Positions 59,343 through 64,000 of a stretch of 64,000 nt of DNA are shown here, piece after piece. Both the position numbers and the translations under genes were made by a program. Location: the NCBI GenBank assembly GCA_964291395.2, contig OZ219858.1, positions 1,088,001 to 1,152,000 on the forward strand. The letters run 5' to 3'. The notes under the pieces are model-generated. The model saw only the letters and a list, made by a program, of their open reading frames with translations, was not told the DNA's origin and ran no database searches. The stretch comes from Alphaproteobacteria bacterium (GTDB lineage: Bacteria; Pseudomonadota; Alphaproteobacteria; UBA2966). Positions within the stretch are counted from its first letter, which is position 1, and every line of letters begins with the position of its first letter.

Positions 59343-60154
59343 GTCGTCTCTGGCTCGGGGGTAGTTGTGGGAACGTATTCCGAATCGACCAACAGACCAT
59401 GAATTCTTTTCGCCATTACACCGAAATTAGTCTGGTCGATGTTATCGAAACTGAATTGATCTGCGTTGAATTCCGCCCGCACCCGCCCGGGGTGTGGCGA
59501 CAAGACCAGGATTCGGGACCCGATGAGCAACGCTTCCTCAATCGAGTGGGTCACAAACAGGACCGTGAAACGGACCTGGTCCCATAGTTCCAATAGTTCC
59601 TGCTGCATGTTGCGGCGGCTAAGGGCATCGAGAGCCGCGAAGGGCTCGTCCATCAGGAGGATGTCCGGTTCCAACGCCAAGGCTCGTGCGATAGCCACTC
59701 GCATCTTCATGCCGCCGGACAACATGTGTGGGTAGGCATCCGCGAACGCGCCGAGTTTGACGGTATCGATCACGGCAGTTGCCCGTTCCTGTGTCTCCTT
59801 ATGAGAAAACTTGCGCGTGACGCGCATAGGAAAAAGTACGTTCTGCCTTACAGTCTTCCAAGGCATGAGTTGCTCGAATTCCTGAAATACCATCATCCGA
59901 TCCGGACCCGGTCCTTCAATGCGCCGCCCAGCGATGGTCATGCGGCCTTCCACCGGTTCCATGAATCCGCCAACCGCCTTTAGAAGGGTCGACTTGCCGC
60001 ATCCGGAGGGTCCGAGAATTACGAACCTATCGGCTTTGTGGACTGCAAAATCAACCTTGTATGTAGCAGTGACAAGATCGCGGGCTGTATTGTACTGCAG
60101 TGTGACCCCGTCAACGTTGAGCAATATTTCCGTCATACCTTGCGGCTCGCCCAC
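59339..60154 (-). CDS. SsuB/TauB-type ABC ATP-binding protein
   Basis: GPSGCGKST, LSGGMKMR, MDEPFAALD. Start may be ATG at 60136. Confidence 0.9.
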   Translation of the reverse strand: MGEPQGMTEILLNVDGVTLQYNTARDLVTATYKVDFAVHKADRFVILGPSGCGKSTLLKAVGGFMEPVEGRMTIAGRRIEGPGPDRMMVFQEFEQLMPWKTVRQNVLFPMRVTRKFSHKETQERATAVIDTVKLGAFADAYPHMLSGGMKMRVAIARALALEPDILLMDEPFAALDALSRRNMQQELLELWDQVRFTVLFVTHSIEEALLIGSRILVLSPHPGRVRAEFNADQFSFDNIDQTNFGVMAKRIHGLLVDSEYVPTTTPEPETT

Positions 60155-60295
60155 ATCTTACGTAGAAGATTTAAGATTTCATTTCATCGATGACAATAAG
60201 AAATCCATTTACCTCCAAGATATGTTTCGATTATCCTCAAACACACATATGAGAATAGAGATATCTATCTCAAAAAACGCCTTCCGCCATATTCG

Positions 60296-61264
60296 TCATT
60301 GTATGAATCCAAAAAGCTCCTCCGCCGTTCCTCCAAGCACAGCCTTCATATCTGCATGCGATATGCCCGAGTCCGCGACGACAGCTAGTGACCGCGTGTA
60401 GAAGTCGTCTTCCGTTTGAACAGCCCGCCACGATTGTTCCCAATCTGTCCCAAACATGACTCTGTTCGAACCAATTTCGGACACCGCCCGTGCCACGTGC
60501 TCAGGTCTGCTCTGTACCGTATCGAGATAAACATTCGGGTGTTTGTAGGCTATCAGAAGACACATTTCGAAAAGGATATCGTATCCACGCCCCATTTTTG
60601 TGATGATGATTGGTACTTCGGGAAAACGTTCAGCGAGATCATCTACAAACAAAGGCATTCCGTGGTACAGCGCGGTCCCGAACTGAGTCCAAGCCGTCAG
60701 GAACATGACGGGCACTTTATGACACGCCATTATTTCCATGAGGGGGATCAGATCTTGTGAAATCCGTTCCGGCGCGGCCTCTGACGTAAAACGACTCAAC
60801 CGGATTTCGCCCATACCTTTGAGGCCTAATTCCGAAACCCAGATGTCTACTTGAGCACCCAATTCCCCGTAGTCAATTGTCGATTGTGGTCCACTATCCT
60901 TCACCTTGTAGACAGGACGAAACAGGCCGACGAGTCGGTCTGGATACCGCTCAACCGCACGAGCAACATCCTCATTGACTCCCCCGACCCCGCGGGATTG
61001 GATCACTGCTTTGTCTATCCCGTGATCGTCCATATCGCGGATCAGTTCATCGGTGAGATCGTCCGTCGACTCGAACATCTCCCGCCAAAGTGCGGGATTC
61101 TTCCAGCGTAGGAGTATCGGGTCACGAAATTCCTTTATGTCGTTGCTGAGGTCGAGCCCACGTTTGCCAAACGGATGGGTGTGTGCGTCGATGATCTTTG
61201 CGTCAGCAGGAATCTTCTCGGCAACGTGAGAGCCTAGTCGATTTGTCGGGCTTCCGGCGTTCAT
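60296..61264 (-). CDS. Amidohydrolase-2 family protein
   Basis: IIDAHTHP, MDDHGID, YPDRLVG, GMGEI, HPNVYLDT, FGTDW. Confidence 0.85.
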   Translation of the reverse strand: MNAGSPTNRLGSHVAEKIPADAKIIDAHTHPFGKRGLDLSNDIKEFRDPILLRWKNPALWREMFESTDDLTDELIRDMDDHGIDKAVIQSRGVGGVNEDVARAVERYPDRLVGLFRPVYKVKDSGPQSTIDYGELGAQVDIWVSELGLKGMGEIRLSRFTSEAAPERISQDLIPLMEIMACHKVPVMFLTAWTQFGTALYHGMPLFVDDLAERFPEVPIIITKMGRGYDILFEMCLLIAYKHPNVYLDTVQSRPEHVARAVSEIGSNRVMFGTDWEQSWRAVQTEDDFYTRSLAVVADSGISHADMKAVLGGTAEELFGFIQ

Positions 61265-61510
61265 GATGATGGCCCCTCGAGACTCCAAAAAAACGGCCAG
61301 GTAGGTCCAAGCCAGTGTTGGTCGTTGTGCCTCCTAGCACAAATTGAGTTTTGATTGAGCGATGGGAGGCAGTCTCCTCGCTTTCTCCAGTTGAAGCAGA
61401 TCATGCGAAGCGCTGTCATGGCAATCGAAAATTGGATACTTCAGATGTGGCTTCGTATCTCTTCAAAGCGAGGAGTAGGGATTGTCAAACCCGGTGAAAC
61501 CGCGGGCAAC

Positions 61511-62050
61511 CGGTCAAGTCCGAGACGTACTGGAAATTAGCTTGGTGTGTAGGCGCTGAGGTGGTCACAACGAGGCCGTCCCGGGTCTCGTATTCGTGGT
61601 CAAGCCCTCTCTGACGGCGCGTAGCTGACAACGCTCCAGCTCCCTCACCCTGATGGCCAGCCAGTGCTCGGTGGTGCGGATCATGGTACCGAACAAGAGT
61701 TTGAGCAAAGTCTTCTCGTCGAAGACGTTGGGGATAGTCCGAGCCGTCGCACTCCTCGACGAGCAGATGCTCAAGGAGGTTCGTGTTCTTGATCGTACGG
61801 CGATGGGTGATCGGCATGCCCAGGTGTGCGGTACAATCCCTGAAGTCACCCGTGAATTTGGTGATTGCGCTCGGTAGCTCGGCCTCATTGTCGGAAACCA
61901 CACCTGCGGCGAGATCGTGGGCGATGGCACGCGAGGGAGCCTTGTAGTCAGCAGTGACATGGGCCTTGAATTCGGGCCACAGATCGTCCGGCACCTTGGC
62001 CGCTCCGCCGATGTTCACGATATGACAGTACTGGAGTGGGCGGTCGATGA
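61511..62050 (-). mobile_element. IS256-family transposase remnant with right end
   Basis: QYCH....AAKVP.DLWPEFK, HL.MP..HRRTI.NTNLLE, frameshifted tail, end-like TTTCCAGTACGTCTCGGACTTGACC. Confidence 0.7.
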
Positions 62051-62304
62051 AGGCAACCACCATCATCTCGTCGCCGAGCGCACCTCTCCACTTTTCGAAG
62101 CTGCTGTCTGGGGTCGGCACTGCCGAGGTCCCCTGGTGCCGGGCATCGACATAGTGGGATTAGCCCGGCCCCGTATGAAGGGAAATTTGCCGCGCAGCTT
62201 GCAAGACATCATAATCAAAGGAGCTTCCGTCGGATTGGTAGTGTGCCAGCGTGAGACCCTCAACTGTGCTTCGTCCAGTGGACGATTTGACAAGGAGAGA
62301 CGCG

Positions 62305-63366
62305 ATGATGCATGCGGACCGGCTTTCATTCAGAATTCCCGAACCTTGTGGAAATAGCTTGGCGGCGATTTGGTTTCGTAGCACCGTACTCGCTGCGGCG
62401 GTAATCTTGACGATTGTTTTGTCGCCCTTGCAGGATGCCCGGGCTGAGGTCGATGAAATCAGGCTGGCTCGGCCGTTTGGCATCGCCTTTCTGCAAATGG
62501 GCCTGATGGACCATCTCCAACTCATACAGAAGCACGCCGAGAAAGCAGGAATCGAACTCGAGGTGGAATGGCGCCGGTTCAGCAGTGGCACAGCGATGAA
62601 CGAAGCCCTGATATCCGGCAATCTCGACGTGGCAAGCGGTTCACCGACAGCGTTCAGTGTCATTTGGGATAAGACAGGCGGGCGCTATGTTGGCTTGTCT
62701 GCCATGACATCCATGCCGGCAGTGTTGATGACACGCCGCAAGGACATCAACTCGGTGCGGGACCTCAACGACTCAGATCGCATTGCAGTAGTAGGGCGAT
62801 CCGCGTTGCAATCCGTCGTCTTGAGAATGTTCGCGGCTAAAGAGTACGGAGATGACAATTACCAAAAGCTCGACCACTTCACGGTGATCGTGCCACACAA
62901 CGAGGCGATGTCGTCCCTGTTGTCTGGCAAGGGGGAAGTCACAGGGCATTTCACGGCTGCACCATTCTATCAGCACGAAACCGCCGCCGGCATGCATCGG
63001 GCTCTCGACTCCTACGAAGTATTCGGAGGTTCACACACTTACGGGATGATCTGGGTGGCCCAAAAATTTGTGGACGACAACCCAAAGGTCGCCCAAGTGC
63101 TCCTCGGTGCAATTGCGGAGGCTACGGAATACATCAACAAGGACCCGCAGGGGGCGGCTCAGGCCTATATCGATTCAGCGAACTCGAAGCTGAAGCTCGA
63201 CTTCGTCGAAGCGATCCTGCGAGATCCCAAGAACGTCTTCACGATGACACCCGAGAACATAATGAAGTACCACACGTTCATGCGTCACATCGGAATGGTG
63301 AAGCGCAAGGCCGATTCGTGGAAGGATATGTTCTCTCCGACATTGCATCACCTGCCGGGAAGTTGA
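62305..63366 (+). CDS. SsuA/NMT1-like ABC substrate-binding protein
   Basis: RBS AAGGAG, signal peptide, FSSGTAMNEALISG, HFTAAPF, SWKDMF...LPGS. Probably the partner of 58452-60154. Confidence 0.88.
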   Translation: MMHADRLSFRIPEPCGNSLAAIWFRSTVLAAAVILTIVLSPLQDARAEVDEIRLARPFGIAFLQMGLMDHLQLIQKHAEKAGIELEVEWRRFSSGTAMNEALISGNLDVASGSPTAFSVIWDKTGGRYVGLSAMTSMPAVLMTRRKDINSVRDLNDSDRIAVVGRSALQSVVLRMFAAKEYGDDNYQKLDHFTVIVPHNEAMSSLLSGKGEVTGHFTAAPFYQHETAAGMHRALDSYEVFGGSHTYGMIWVAQKFVDDNPKVAQVLLGAIAEATEYINKDPQGAAQAYIDSANSKLKLDFVEAILRDPKNVFTMTPENIMKYHTFMRHIGMVKRKADSWKDMFSPTLHHLPGS

Positions 63367-63611
63367 GTAAAGCGATCGTCCGAGGGTTGCAATTTCGGGC
63401 CTCTAGTCTGTCAACGGTTGCTTGGGTCGTCTCGACGGTGTAGGGGAACGTCAGACGAGACGGATCGGAGTGTTGCGCCTGCAGACCGAAGGGCGGCCCC
63501 AACAACGACCCAAACGGTCATTCAAGACCGTCAACACAAGTCCTCCAGTTAGGTACCCGCACGGTTGACTGTTGTTCGGCGTCCAACCTACGCGCCGATC
63601 AACAGCAATTG

Positions 63612-63636
63612 GCGGGCTTTTTCAGCAGCCTGTTAG
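63612..63636 (+). mobile_element. IS5/IS1182-like terminal repeat
   Basis: GCTTTTTCAGCAGCCTG followed by a TTAG target-like site at the stop codon of the last gene. Confidence 0.4.
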
Positions 63637-64000
63637 ATGTCGATCTCGACGAAGCGCATGGCCTGGCGGGCCGTGCGGCGGACCATCTTGCGGCGCAACG
63701 GCGAGTGCAGCAGGCGGTTGAGCGCAGCCAGCGCCAACTCGCCGGACCGGCCGGTCTCCGGTGATGCCAGGAGACGGCGCACCGCCGATACCGTCTTCAG
63801 CAGATGAACGGAGACGATGTATCGGTCGTAACCATGATCCAGCAGCGTACTGTCGGCCTCAGCGAAGAACGCTTCTGGGTCGGCTACCATCCAGTCACCG
63901 GGGTCCACCGACTCGTCCTGATGCCCGATGTTGCGGCCGGAGAAGCAAGCCATCTGCAACAGCCCCGCCGGCCAAAGGTCCGGATACTTCGAGCAAAGGC
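63633..64000 (-). CDS. C-terminus of a protein running off the window (resembles tails of large Rieske-domain proteins)
   Basis: Open frame to the window edge: YPDLWPAGLLQMACF...HLLKT...LNRLLHSPLRRK.VRRTARQA. Confidence 0.55.
   Translation of the reverse strand, partial: LCSKYPDLWPAGLLQMACFSGRNIGHQDESVDPGDWMVADPEAFFAEADSTLLDHGYDRYIVSVHLLKTVSAVRRLLASPETGRSGELALAALNRLLHSPLRRKMVRRTARQAMRFVEIDI

Overview
GC-rich proteobacterial window dominated by small-molecule uptake and catabolism. The taurine-type and TMAO-type transporters suggest a marine, possibly animal- or sponge-associated host (inference). 1-22 kb is mostly intact genes: TauD-family dioxygenase, tRNA-Phe, GMC oxidoreductase, molybdopterin oxidoreductase, PLP desulfhydrase, HD and HAD hydrolases, a TRAP operon, peroxiredoxin, a LuxR-HTH regulator, tauABC and a tmoX-type ABC transporter. 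Three promoters there share the palindrome TCCCCAATATTGGGGA, with a -10 hexamer starting exactly 24 nt after the last base of the box in all three. 22.8-25.4 kb encodes a tandem-Cache-domain protein fused to an autotransporter-type beta-barrel (frameshifted as given). 26-64 kb is a mosaic accessory region with IS21, IS481, IS256 and integrase debris and an uncharacterised catabolic gene set. Several of its enzymes carry non-canonical active-site motifs: three acetoacetate-decarboxylase-like proteins with Gln in place of the Schiff-base Lys, an amidohydrolase with RxR in place of HxH, and alpha/beta hydrolases lacking the nucleophilic Ser. Five of its families occur twice, once intact and once decayed. 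No CRISPR array or rRNA was seen. All family calls come from motif recognition by eye, not database searches.
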